Source of the DNA: Azolla caroliniana
Taxonomy: Eukaryota; Plantae; Polypodiophyta
Reading direction: 5' to 3'
Assembly: GCA_043228905.1 (NCBI GenBank)
Contig: JBHGNT010000017.1
Span: 12,958,001 to 13,022,000, forward strand
DNA: 64,000 nt
Shown here: positions 12,306 to 25,507 of the stretch, one piece after another
Layout: each line of letters starts with the position of its first letter
Position numbering within the stretch: the first letter of the stretch is position 1
Program-made: the position numbers and the translations under genes
The notes under the pieces: model-generated
What the model was told of the DNA's origin: nothing
What the model saw: the letters and a program-made list of their open reading frames with translations, nothing else
Databases searched by the model: none

Positions 12306-15300
12306 ACGCGCTGTGTAATTTGGTATCCCAATCTATTCTGTTCTGAGCATTGACAATTTGTTTTAGTATGGTTTGTAACGTTTTGTTCGTGGATTCTGCT
12401 AAACCATTCGCCTACAGATAATACGACGTGCTCTTCTTGTGGACAACGGCATAGTGTTGTGTCAACTCCCGGATGACCGAATTTAGAAAGTGACTGCCTT
12501 GGTCACTGATGAGCTCAATGGGGCAGCCAAACGACATTAGATGTGTTCATAAAGAAATTTTGCCGTTACTGCCGCGGTATTCTCTCGTAGTGCTTTTGCT
12601 TCCACCCACTTGGTGCAATAATCAGTACCCACAAATATATATTTATTGCAAGTCCGCACTGCCACTGGTGAAAACGGTCCCACGAAATCGAGTCCCCATT
12701 TCTGAAATGGATCCAACGGCAACACTGGTTGATGTGGCATCCTTGCGACCTTCGTGGGCTGACCCATCTGTTGACATAGATCACATTGTTTGCAATATTC
12801 ATACGCATCCCTTTGCGTGCTCGACCACCATAGGCCGGCTTGCCAGACTTTACGAGCCATAACATCGCCGGCGTAGTGTCCTCCTGCCGTACCACAGTGA
12901 GCTTCACGTAAAACCGCTTCCTTCTCATCCTGGCGTATTCCATGTCACCAGATTCTGTCGTTGCCTTTGTGATACAGGACCCCTTCGACCAGACAGAAGT
13001 TACAACCTCAGACAACCAATCATTTCTTTTCATCCGTCCTTAATTGTGGCGGTGATAATCTTGTGGTCAGAAAGTATGTCATCTCCATCAACCAACGATC
13101 TGGAAAAGATTTTTCCGTACGTGTCGCTATAGTTGCGATCCGCATGATTTCTGCATCAGGAAAGTTGTCGTCATCCTTCCGCACCATTTCTCCATTATCT
13201 ATCCTACTTAAGAAATCCGCTATGGCGTGTTGCGTACCCGGTCAATGCTGTATAACAAAGTTGAACTCTTGGAGCAACAACATCCAACTAGCCAATTTTC
13301 CTGTTAGCGCCTGCTTCCCTACCAGGTATAGCAGCGCCGTGTGGTCCACGTGAAACGTAAATTTCCGCCCCAATAGATAATGTCGAAATTTGTTGATGTT
13401 GTATATCATCCTCAACGCTTCTCGTTCTGTTGTGGAGTAGTTACGCTCCGCCTTTGATAGCTTCCTATTGGCGTAATATACTGGTCTATACCAAGTCGGC
13501 TCCATGAGCTGCATCAACGCACTACCTATTACTATGTCCAAGGCATCTACAAAAACGTGAAATGGTTTCCCCCAATCGGGTGGTTGTACAACTGGTGCTT
13601 GAGTCAACATTATTTTAAGCGCATCGTACGCCTTTTCTTGTGTTGCCGTCTATTTGAAAGGTGTAAGGTGGACGACAACATGTAACGGCGTGGTGAATGC
13701 CAGATATCGTAACATCCGACTATGCCATCGTATTTGGCCGTTGTCAGCGTTTTTGCTTGAATGATCACAGAAATTTTATTAGGATCCAATGTTATCCACT
13801 CCTTGCTGACGATGTGGCCAAGGAGCGCTCCGCTTGTGACACCGAATGCACATTTCGCTGGATTCAAGCTTAAGCGTGCAGCCTGGCAACGCTCCAGACA
13901 CAATCGTAAATGAATCAGATGGTCAGCTGTTGTCCCATACACCGCGAAATCGTCCAGAAAGGCTTGCATGAAGGTGGGTATGTAATCCCCAAAAATTTCC
14001 ATAATTGTCCATTGGAATGTCGCAAGCGCCGCCATCTTTAACCCGAACATCATGACTACCGCGACATAGACTCCCCAGTTGGTGACAAACGCCATCTTCT
14101 CTTGGTCGTCAGGATGAATGCGTACTTGATTATATCCACTAAAGCCGTCTAGAAAACTGTACATGTCATGCCCTGTGACTGCGTCCAATACGCTGTCGGT
14201 GAAATGTAAGGGAAATGCATCTGTAATGGTTACGACGTTCAACTTCTGATAGTCTACGCAGACGCGGATTTTTCCATTTTTCTTCGGAACCACGACTATC
14301 AGGCTTAGCCACATAGCTTGCTTGACTGGTCGAATGAATCCAGCTTTGAGAAGTTTGTCAATTTCTTCTTTTATGCGAGCTAAATTGATCTTATGCTGGT
14401 AAAATTTTGGATCTAATCCCATCATGTCTTTGTGGGACCACACGAACACCTCTTTATATTCCTTGAGCAGAGCTAACATCGCCTCTTTCTGATCTGGTGG
14501 TAAGTCTTTCGCAATGGAGAGTAATCGAGGATCCGTTGTCATTCCTACGTTAACTTCTTCCAATGTGGAGGCAATGACTCGTCGTGAAATTTCCATTTCT
14601 TTCTCAAATGCGACTTGTACTCGGTTTAATTCCAGTATCAGGATGATTCGCGGGTGCTCATCTAAGTATGCTTCCAGCTCCGTATCATTTACTCCTAGCA
14701 TATTTATGTCTTCCGCGTACAATGGTGTCATTCCTTTGGGTTGCGCCGCCATTTCTTTTGTGGGTACGCGAACTTTGTTGCGTCCTCGTTGGAAACTGAT
14801 GTAATTATGTTGCCAGCTCTGTTTGATGTTCACCGAACGAAGCCAAGGTCTGCCTAGTAGTATTGGGTACGCTCCCGAAGCGTCGAGTGCGAGTACTAGC
14901 GCCGAGATGTCACAGTGGTGCCCGCCAATGACGATGCATAGTTTTCGGATTAACCCTAAGGGCCTAACAAATCGGGTATCTGCCATGTAAAGACGAAAGG
15001 GGCAAGCTTCCCATTCCGAAATTCCTAACTTTTCACATGTCTTTACACTAATCACATTAACGCCCGACCCCTCATTGATTATACAATCTGTTATTTCCTT
15101 CCTGTGTAGTACTAGCTTTATGGCTGGATTGTGGTGATCCACCACTGCTGGTCCGACGCTAGTTGCTGCAAAATTTGCTGAGACGTTTATACCAGGCCTG
15201 CCTGTTATACGATCTTCGACGGTTTGCCGAAATCGTGGAACTAGTTGAAGGAGTTTTTCCATAGTTATGGTTATTTCACATCCCGCCAGTGCTTGCCATA

Positions 15301-17450
15301 TGGGGTCCAGGGATATGATGTTTTCTTCTATCGGCCCATCCTTCTTTGCGAACTCCTAGTGCATACGCGTTGTATTGGCCGCATTTGCTTTTTCTACCCA
15401 TGCTTGGGCTACTTTTCGTACCTCATCCTGTGCAGCCCAGTCCACATTCTTTGTTTGTTGCTATGTCGTGACCTGTTGAACTTCTGCCGTAATCGTATTT
15501 ACAGCTGGTCCTTTGCCCTTGCACAATGGACATTGAGTTGCGTAATGTCCGGGTTGTTGGCAGACAAAACAATGTACGTTGGACTCTCCTTTCTCTGTAG
15601 TTGGTGGCGGATTCCTATCCCCAAGCATCGCTGGCTCCTCCTAGTCTTGTTGCATTCTCCTGGGATTCCGGGGTGTTTGCGATTGGTCCCTGCGTGACTC
15701 CTGGTGCCGATCATCCTCCAAACTTTCGTCGTAACGCCGTTGGTCCTTATACTGTCCATGCTTTCCTTATGAGCACGGCCCATTGAATCCACCACGCTTA
15801 TTCGTCGAACGGTGATTGTCGTAACGACACCCTCCTTTATTATACCGGCGGTTGCCCCGATATTCTTCTTCCTCCGGCTCCTCTTCATCAAAATCATTGT
15901 TATTCTAGCGATTATGGTAGTGCCGGTCATCGCGTGGATTCCGATCTGTATATCGGGGTCGTTCCTCTTGGTGCCCCAGATCATTTCGGCGAGGGGGTCG
16001 TTGTGTTTCTACGCGTCGTATTGTGGGCGTAGGTCTGTTCAGCATATTGTACTCACATTGCTCGACCATGTGTGCCTTTGAGTGGCAAATTGGGCAGTGG
16101 ATTCGCATATTGCATTCCACTGCGGAATGCCCGGAATTGAGGCAAATCGTGCACTGAATAGCCTGACGAAAGTGGCGTTCCTCATCCTCAGGCAACGCTT
16201 GTCGTAATGAAGACAGAGAAAATCCTTCCTCCTCCTCGTCCAACTCAAGCTGTAATGCTCGCTCGATGACCATGTCGGTTGTTTCCCCTTTCACACTACG
16301 TGTGTTGAGCGTCGTCTTGATAGGCCACCGTAGGGCTACCAAAAACGTCTCCCTAGCCTCTTCATCTATTGGCACCCGTTCTAATTTCCGCCGTAGATTT
16401 TGGAAGCGTAAGCTAAAGTCTGCGACCGATTCTGCTGGCAGCTGCTTGATTGTATAGAACTGCCCGATGATTTCGCGTTGCGGTACCCTCCGATGAAAAA
16501 ATCGCAGAAATGCTGACTGCAACTGGTCGAAGGTGTGGATTGCTGGTAGATCCATTTGTGAATGCCAAAACGCGGCTCTACCATCCAGAGTTAAACCAAA
16601 CTCTATCATTTTTTACTGGTGTACTTCCTCGTTTGGAAATCGCTACGCCACGCGATTCGCGTTCCAAACATTCAGGAATAGCCGGATGTGGCTTGCGGCG
16701 TCTATCCCGCCATTAAAGTGTGGCTAGGAGAAGGCCATTCTGGATGCGATGGTGGGCAAGAAAAGATCACGGTACTCGTGTGGTGATAGAACTTCCTACT
16801 TGATGTCGTGGTGTTGGGTGAGGGTGGCGTCGACTGTGTGGTCCGGACAGATATCACTGAGGCGAGGTTTTTGCCTTGCGCACTCCTCTATCTGGCGTGT
16901 GATGGACCTCGTGAGTGGTTAGACTTGTCTGGTCGGTTCTCTGGGCCGTCTATGGCTAGACATCCATCCCTTGTTGTTCATCTGTGAGAAGTCACAAATC
17001 ACCAAGCGTGCCAAAAGTGTTACCGATTAGGAACACTATCTACGCTCAGTCCTTTGGCGTAGACCTCAAGGTGACCGTGTTACAAGGAATAGAACCGACG
17101 TACCGTAAATCGTAATGGGATACTCCCTTGTATCCTAGTAGCGTATAAGGGGGAGGGACAACTACAATCTACTCCCTTACGATTAACAGTACGCAACAAA
17201 GAAACAAAGAACACAGTAGAGGAAACCACAGATATGCACATAGATCAGAGAAGATAATATTCTATTAGAAAAGCACTCTATATTCCCAAAATTACACGCA
17301 CCTCTTACAGAGGATTTCTGCCCTTTATATACACAAGGCTTTTAGCCATTCACGCTTCCTGTGTGAACCGTTACATGCGTTTCTTAACGCTTTACTATAT
17401 TATAATGTTTCTGCGCTTTTGTCCGTCGGTTACGATTCCGGCGGACAACA

Positions 17451-19179
17451 CTGACACCAGGTTCTTTGTGATAGTCGAAACGTGTAGTACATTCATCAAC
17501 TTCCCCTTTTGTCCGACGTGGCTTAAAGGGACTTCTCGGACATGGACAATAAGGTGAGGGTGTCGTCTTCAGTTTCGACAATCCCTGGTCGTTCCGATTT
17601 CTCCAAAAAAGAGAACCACTCTTCATGGCTCGTCATGTGGTTGGACGCTCCGGAATCAACGTACCATACTTCCTTCAATCTAGAAGTAGTCTTCTTCATC
17701 GAGTTAGCCTTGTGCTTCATCACAAAGGCTAGCCCCTTTACCGGTTTTCCCGGTTCCGGATCCTTCCGATCCTTCTGTGTAGTGCCAGCTTTGCCGATTC
17801 TCCCGACCGGTTTTGCCGGGTCCGGATTTGTCCGAATCGGTGCGCTTCTTCCATCACTCGCTTTCCTTGTGGCCCTTTTTGCCACAGTATCATCATTCTG
17901 TGTCGGCCTTTCCTTGCCAGTTCCCAGCGCCGCTTTGACTCCCCCTACTTGTGGAGGGTTCGGAACTACTGTCGGCACAACCTCTGTGCCTTCAGTCCTA
18001 GTCTTGTCGGCCGCCTCCATTGCGTGCCAACCCACCTCGTCCATGGGGTCGATCTGTTTCCATGTACAACATCTGACCATCCGATTGAGTGGTCCTTGAC
18101 CCACTCGTGTGGTTTTCTTTGACCATCAACATCAATTGCAAGTCAAAGAAGGACGATGGTTTCTCCCGAGTGTAGATCGCTGTCCGGATTGGCCCGTACC
18201 TTTGCGCTAGACCACTGAGGCAGATTTGTACCATCTCATCTTTGTCCACCATCACGTTGATGGACCTAAGTGCGTCGCAAATCTCCTTTATCTTGGTGGT
18301 GTAGTCCGTAACTGACATGTCTCTTTGCCAGATGTTGTTCAACTCTTGTTGGAGCTACAACTTACGAGCTGTGGTACTTGCAGCGAAAATCTTCCGTAGA
18401 TTTTCCCAAGCCTCCTTTGGCGTCTTTGCATCCTTGATGTAGTTGAGCATTTGATCATGCACACCGGACGCGAGACAGTACAGTACCCGACTCACTCCTT
18501 GCTCCCATACCGGGAAGTCTTTGTGTGACGGTTTCGGTGCTACTTCATTTGTTCCTTCCACGAAGCTCCAATATCCATGCCCCAGTAGGTACTGGTGCAT
18601 TTTATATGATCAGGACACATAGTTGCTTCGGTCGAGCTTCTCTGTTGGAAGTGAACTCGCCATTCCTTTGTCCATATCTTCTCTCTATTTGTTGTTATCG
18701 GGTTCTAGGGTTCGTTTACGGAAGCAAATGTCGGTTGCAGAGGTTCTCAACCCTCCGCTCTGATACCATGTGAATGTTAATGTGCGGAAGCGTCAGACAG
18801 AACCGGCTCAACCGGATAGCAACAAAAAATGAGATGAAGATTTAATGGAAAAGCTTAAAAAACACAGAGGAGATAGAGAGAGTAGAACATAAAACTATAT
18901 TAAAAAATTAACTCTAAAACTCTGTGCATACAACGTGCTAAACAACACTATTTATACAAGTTCATAAAGGACTAACAGAAGTACTGATAGGTACTTCAAT
19001 GCTCACACGTGCGACTGACACTAACTACGAGACAATGATTACCTAATAGTCTAGGCTACTACTAGGCTTCCGGTTCCCGCCCGAATCCGACTCTCCGATC
19101 CGGCCGGTTGTTTCCAGATATCGATTCGGCTCAGGCTTATTCAACCGATCCGGATCCGGTTGAGCTTGCTTGCTCAACA
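17451..19179 (-). mobile_element. 5' part of a Ty1/Copia element (LTR 18769-19179, iMet PBS, gag, protease), interrupted by the Gypsy element
   Basis: TGGTATCAGAGC PBS abutting the LTR; gag MHQYLLGHGYW; protease WYVDSGASNHMT; same family as 34588-35737, 51458-61423 and 63364-64000. Confidence 0.9.
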
Positions 19180-20355
19180 ATCACCTTCTCAATTGATTGA
19201 TTTCGGAAATCGAACACCGCTAGTGTTGTTCGTAGTGGTTCACAAATTGCCTCTAGAAAGATATCCTTTAGTTCGTGATCTGGAATTGGCCTGGAAATTT
19301 GTAGCTGTAGATTCTAAAATCGAATGACAAATTGTGACACCGTTTCATGCGGTTCTTGATACAATGCATAAAATTGAGCTATCAGATCCTTTTGAGGAAT
19401 CTGTCGATGAAACAATTGAAGAAATTTGTTGGTTAATTGTTGGAATGTTTCGAATGCTCAGAAACCATTCTGAGCAAACCAATTTGCCGACTAGCCATCT
19501 AATGACAAAACAAACTTAGCTATTTTAGACTTATCCTTGATTACGGCCGATAGTCGCTGAGCTCCATGGTTTATTTCCCATGTTGTCAAGAAACCCCTAA
19601 TATGCACTTCTGCATCAACGCCTTCTCGAAATTTCGAGTAAGGGTAAGGCATATTGTCTTCACTCCAGATATCATAAAATGATACCTATTCCGGCTTATC
19701 TCCGTCTGATTGACAATCAGTTAAGTCGGGAACTGAAGAACACCTTCGACTTGTTTCTTGTTGTACCACCGCAGCAGAATCCTCTTCGACACGCTTTCTA
19801 ACCGAACGTGTACCAGGACGTTTACGATTGACTGGTGTATCTGGACCAGACGACAACATCCATTTGACTTGTTCTCTGCTAATTGCAAATGTAACTGGGC
19901 GTGCCAAAATTATATTGTGTTGTTCGGTTGGCACTCTACTCCGTCACCAAAACCCAGTATAGAAGAACGTTATATTCTGAACGTTCTATCAAAGAATTGT
20001 AGAGTACGAATGGATTAGACTTTGTTAATCATGTACTACGATACGATATTTTGTATCGTGATCGGTTCCGTTAGTTAGTATAGCTATAGCAGAACAACAT
20101 GTAGATTTATAAAAATACCGACACAAGTGCTCAGAGTTCTACAACTAACAAAACTATATTAACTAAGAAAACAAACGATCTTTTTACAATGCCTTCGGTT
20201 CCTTTTATAGGTAACCATAAAGGCTTTCTCATCAAGAAATACATATTGCCTTACCGGCAAGAACTACAAAACTTATAACTAACTTAATATTTGGTAATTT
20301 ATTATTTCGGCAAAATGCTGACTCGTCGATCCGACCCCGACTCCGACTCTGACGC
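19180..20355 (-). mobile_element. Highly degraded retroelement remnant (possible gag and LTR), host of the Sola insertion
   Basis: Short minus-strand ORF remnants and an LTR-like composition; no diagnostic motif. Confidence 0.3.
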
Positions 20356-20699
20356 TTCTGGGTGAAAGCATGCGAGTGGAAACAATTAGCTATGTCCTTG
20401 ACATAGCTAATTAGCTATGCAAAAAGCTACCATTGATAAATAGTCATTTTAGTAAAAAGCCATCATTAATAAATTAAGTATGCAAAAAACTACCATTGAA
20501 AATACTAGAGTGTTTTAATTACATATGTAAATGAGTGCCATAAATGTGCACCATAAATGTGTACCATAAATTATATATCGAATTCCTAGGTCCATTATGC
20601 ATGATCCTTTGCCACATCACGTAGGCCATCTCTAGTTGAGTATTGTGGGTTAGTTGCTACCACTGTTACTAAACCCTATCGAGTCCACCTGCTGCCATT

Positions 20700-21310
20700 G
20701 AGTCTACACTGAGGGGCCGCTACTGTGCGTTCCAAGCATCATCAAAGGGCTGCTCAATCTGACGGGGTTCTCTTCTCTGTGACACTCTACACTCAGGGGC
20801 CACTACTGTGCATTCCAAGCATCATCAAAGAGCTATTCAATCTGACGGGGTTCTCTTCTCTGTGCCACTCTACACTCAGGGGCCACTACTGTGCGTTCCA
20901 AGCATCATCAAAGAGTTGTTCAATCTGACGGGGTTCTCTTCTCTGTGCCACTCTACACTCAGGGGCCGCTACTGTGCGTTCCAAGCATCATCAAAGAGCT
21001 GTTCAATCTGACGGGGTTCTCTTCTCTTTGCCACTCTACACTCAGGGGCCGCTACTGTGCGTTCCAAGCATCATCAAAGAGCTATTCAATCTGACGGGGT
21101 TCTCTTCTCTTTGCCACTCTCACTCAGGGACCGCTACTGTGCGTTCCAAGCATCATTGGTAACTGTTCAATCTAACGGGGTTCTCTTCTCTGTGCCACTA
21201 CTCTCAAGTGCCTTCTATGTGCGTTCCAAGCATCATCGGTAACTATTCAATCTGACGGGGTTCTCTCCTCCATTGCCATCATTCTATACTCAGTTGCCGC
21301 TACTGTCTAG
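20700..21310. repeat. 83-bp tandem repeat array (about 5 good copies plus 2-3 decaying ones) upstream of the transposase
   Basis: Unit CTACACTCAGGGGCCRCTACTGTGCGTTCCAAGCATCATCAAAGAGCTRTTCAATCTGACGGGGTTCTCTTCTCTGTGCCACT; repeated ORF starts at 20725, 20808, 20891, 20974 and 21057 (83-bp spacing). Confidence 0.95.
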
Positions 21311-21599
21311 TCCCGGATTGCTTCCACATTTCGATTTGACGGAGTTCACTCATCCAACGACAACATTCTACACTCTGTTGTCGCCATTGGTCGTTCTTGG
21401 ATCGCCTCCTCAACTGTTCGATCCAACGGAGTGAAATCCTCTACTGTTCGGTCTTGGATTGCAATAACTTTTCTGTCTATTGATTATCTTGTGTATCATT
21501 GTGTCTAATCTTGTGTATAGTGGAATATTTTTGTGTATTGTTGTTGCCCATAGCCATCTTTAATACTTGTTTTTTTTTCTGGAAATTTAGGGTTTTAAC

Positions 21600-24500
21600 A
21601 TGTCCAGCCAAATGGAAGGGGAAGAAGGGTGTTTAGAATTACCCCTCAATGATCATAAGGATAGGGATGATGTTATCAGGACACAACAAGCCATATGAAA
21701 CTATTGGGCAGAAAAAAAAAGGAAACATCGTCAATTGTTGAAGGATACGAAAGCCACACTCAGTAAAGGTAAGGATAGTTTAGCTGAGAATGTAAGTAAT
21801 GTGACTACCATCATAGAGAGAAAGGTTGTAGACTATTTCAATGTTCAAACCAAGCACATCAGCAATGAAGAAAAGAAGGTAGTACTTTATGGAATATGTA
21901 ATGATCCATCGATAAAGGACTTAGTTGATTGTGATGGTCTTAATGCAAACATATCATCTATTTTAGTAAATAATCTTCGTAATAGTTTCGTATCCATGAG
22001 CAGGTCAGAAGATGATCTTGTCTTAAAAAGGTCTAGTCTAATGATGTTACTTAATAGTGATGTTGATGATATAAACATCAGTGAGCTATATCTAAGGTAA
22101 TTGGTGTTAGTAGAAAAACAGTGTACAATACAATGAACCGTATAATTTCCTCGGGTGAAGGAACTAGTCTACTAAAGCTAACTACAAGATGTAAGCCAAT
22201 GACACCCATAACATTTGAAATCAAGGATGTAATCACAATGTTTTGGACTAATGAGAGCAGGGTTTCACCCAATAAAAAGGATTTATGCAAGAAACGTGTT
22301 GGAAGAAATCAATACGAGGAGCATCCCATTCATCTTCTTGATGTACCTCAGGTATTTACATTTATCTCAACATTTGTTTTGACTCTACTCGGAAAGTTAA
22401 TTAGCTCAGTTAGCAGAAAAGCTAATTAGCTATTCTCAATAGCTAATTTAGGTACTACCAGATAATTAGCTGTACTGGTAGCTAGTTAGCTATCATGGTA
22501 GCTCGTTAGCTATTTCGTTATTACTAGCTAATTAGCTACTAGGAAAGCTAATTAGCTACCATGATAGCTAATTAGCTACTAGGATAGCTACTACATAGGT
22601 AACTGGCTACTCTCAATAGCTACTACCATGATAGCTAATTAGCTATTCTCAATAGCTAATTTAGGTACTACCAGATAATTAGTTGTACTGGTAGCTAGTT
22701 TGCTATTTCGTTATTACCAGCTAATTAGCTACTAGGAAAGCTAATTAGCTACCATGATAGCTAATTAGCTTACTAGGATAGCTAATTAGCCACCGTGATA
22801 GCTAATTAGCTACTAGACCAGCTAATTTGCTACCATGATAGCTAATTAGTTAGGACAACTAATTAGTTAGGACAGCTAATTAGCCACCATTATAGCTAAT
22901 TAGCTACTAGACCAGCTAATTAGCTACCATGATAGCTAATTAGCTACTAGACCAGCTAATTAGCTACCATGATAGCTAATTAGTTACTAGAACAGCTAAT
23001 TAGCCACCATGATAGCTAATTAGCCACCATGATAGCTAATTAGCTACTAGACCCGCTAATTAGCTACCATGATAGCTAATTAGCTACTAGAATAGCTAAT
23101 TAGCTACCATGATAGCTAATTAGCTACTAGAATAGCTAATTAGCTACCATGATAGCTAATTAGCTACTACGACAGCTAATTAGCTACCATGATAGCTAAT
23201 TAGCTACTAGGACAGCTAATTAGCTACCATGATAGCTAATTAGCTACTAGAATAGCTAATTAGCTACTAGGATAGTTAGCTAGTTACGAGAATAACTAAT
23301 TCCCCTTTATTACGTAGGTCGATTTATTTATTAGGTTCAAACGAATGCATCCAACTATCAAAGTTCAACTACGAACATTCGAGTCTCTTAAGCCACACTT
23401 TGTGAGACGCTTAAAGGATCGATACACATGTTGTTGCATTTACCATGTACATATGGGTTTTCTGAAGGACTCTGTTAATCTACTACGTCACCATAGTGCA
23501 TCCCTAACTAATACAGTTTGCACATGTGGGTGCCCAATCTGTCGATCAAGCCCGCAAGAGGAGTGTAAATCATCTGAGCACGTTATCTCATTCCATGAGT
23601 TATTTATTAGATTCAATATTGTGTCCGAGAGAAACTGACGCTATCTTCCATATTCATAAATATGTCATGGGTTTATGTCAAGATTGTGGCCCTACTAGAT
23701 TTAGGTGGTGTCCAAATGAATTGAGTAGTGAAATATTGATCTCTGTGAAGTTATTTGAGTCAGTGAACACCAATTTCGAAGGAAAGGTGTGTAAAAGAAA
23801 GGATCTAGTTCGGAAGATGCTTAAACCAAGGGATTTGGTGTCTCTGTTTGTAGTATCTCTAGGAAAGTTCATTAAACACAACTTCATTTATTCATGGTAG
23901 GCCCATCAGTTTAAGACTTGCATATCTGATTTCCCAAATGATGTAGTAGTCTCAGTAGTAGATTTCGCAGAGAATTATATTTTCAAGCAGCAGAATGAAA
24001 TTCAATCTATGCATTGGTGTTCAGTTCAGGTAACCATTTTTGTGCACATAACATATTTTCGAGTTTCAGGTGATGTTAAAAAAGTAATTCATTTCTTTAT
24101 TTCCGATGATAAGAAGCATGATACCTTGTTCGTCCAACACTGTTTTAAGTTACATTGGCAGTGGTTATTAGCTCAACGTTTGGAGCTTACTCAACATTGG
24201 GTCTGTTCTGACGGAGCTGCATCACAATTCAAGGCTCGACGTCCATTTTATTTTGTGGGGAGGTATCCTGCTATAACAGGTTTTGAGATGAGATGGATTT
24301 TTTTTGGGTCTGGCCATGGTAAAGGTGAACATGATGGTGCAGGGGCTGTTATAAAGCGGGCACTTACCCATGAACAACTAAAGACAGATGGTGTGCACAT
24401 GAATTGTGCATCACATGTAGTTGAATTTTTAAGAACAAATATGTCAACGAGTGCCACAGGTGTTTATTCCTCGCAAGTCTGAGATATCAAACGTGAATTT

Positions 24501-25160
24501 TGGGAAGTGAAGATAGATGAAGTAAATAGGGAGAAGACCTGGGAGTGCCAAGGAATTCCCGAATTGTGATCTCTGCATGCTGTTCGCGGTTATTCCAGGT
24601 TGGATGGTCATTGTATTGCGGTTAGAGAATTGACTTGTTTTTGCTTCCATTGTGTGCAGGGAAATTGGAGATATTGTCTAAACAAAGCATACATTCAGAA
24701 TTGGGAGTATCACACTCTGAATGATAAGGAAGCAGTTGATGGAGAAACAGGGTAGAATGTTGACTTCACATATGAGGGACTTGGAGATACTTTGAGTGAT
24801 GTCCTGAACGTTGGGGATAACTTCGCTGTAAATGTTGAAGAAGGCAATTCAGAGGGTGCTGATTTCTATATATTAAAGTGCACGGTTAGTAAATAGTGTG
24901 CAAGGCAGAATATTGTAGATGCATGGGGAAATTTTGTATCTGCCGGGACATTCTACATCGAAGGCATTTTTTATGCAAAACTAGATGACTACGAATATGT
25001 GTACAGGCTGTTAGAAGACAAACCAACGGCGTACATGTACTCTCATTTGGTCAGGTGCATCAACGTCCCAATGTCAGAATACAATAGCTGCTCCGGTTTA
25101 TACACTGTTGGTGCTAATGTGTATGAATGTATTTACAATAGTATGCCATGGAATTTGTAG
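21600..25160 (+). pseudogene. Sola2-like DDD transposase, spliced (intron 22352-23317), inactivated
   Basis: ATG 21600; in-frame GT..AG join DVPQ|VDLFIRFKRMHP; TCCCIYH Zn motif; VDFAENY..QNEIQSMHW, ISDDKKHD, SDGAASQFK, GHGKGEHDGAGAVIK; C-terminal RELTCFCxxC; stops mostly CGA>TGA or CAG>TAG, plus frameshifts. Confidence 0.88.
22395..23300. repeat. Intronic array of the palindrome TAGCTAATTAGCTA with short alternating spacers
   Basis: Dozens of AGCTAATTAGCT cores at ~20-bp spacing (spacers such as ACCATGAT, ACTAGAAT, ACTAGGAC); fills the transposase intron. Confidence 0.95.
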
Positions 25161-25507
25161 CTACAAGTAGCACTTACCATGTTCTCTTGTAAAACAAACA
25201 TGTATTTCGCGAAAACAGTTAAATAAATTCGTTTGGAATCAATTTCTTGTATACAGTCTGCTTTCTGTGCTTCTTTCTCAATAAAATCATGTCTTTTTTG
25301 TGAAGTTTTAAGTTATAAGTTATAGCGAAATAGTCATCAGTAGCTAATTAGCTATACAAATGCAGCTAATTAGCTGTCAATAGCTAAATAGTCATCAATA
25401 GCATGAAATCAACAATCTGCAACATATTCCTCAAATTACACAGTAGATAAGTACAGTGGGAACAAGTAATTAAATTCTTCATTGAATAATGTCATCTCTT
25501 TACATAT

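Larger units (their letters stand above)
5850..17450 (-). mobile_element. Non-chromovirus (Athila/Tat-like) Ty3/Gypsy element, degenerate, 3' LTR missing; contains TR-GAG insertion 8750-12305
   Basis: 5' LTR 17018-17450 (TG..CA); PBS-like TGGCACGC (tRNA-Arg type) ~17006-17013; gag 15905-16609 with two CCHC; PR/RT 13610-15262 (FLDDF); RNase H 13242-13610; integrase 12310-13000 continuing 8223-8749 (GPY/F-like end); inserted in a Copia coding region. Confidence 0.88.

Noticed and set aside
20725-21242. Five similar 61-67 aa ORFs as a peptide gene cluster
   Set aside because: Artefact of the 83-bp repeat, whose length is not a multiple of 3
22395-23300. CRISPR-like look of a palindromic repeat with short spacers
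   Set aside because: The spacers are ~6-8 nt and recurrent, there are no cas genes, and the context is a eukaryotic intron
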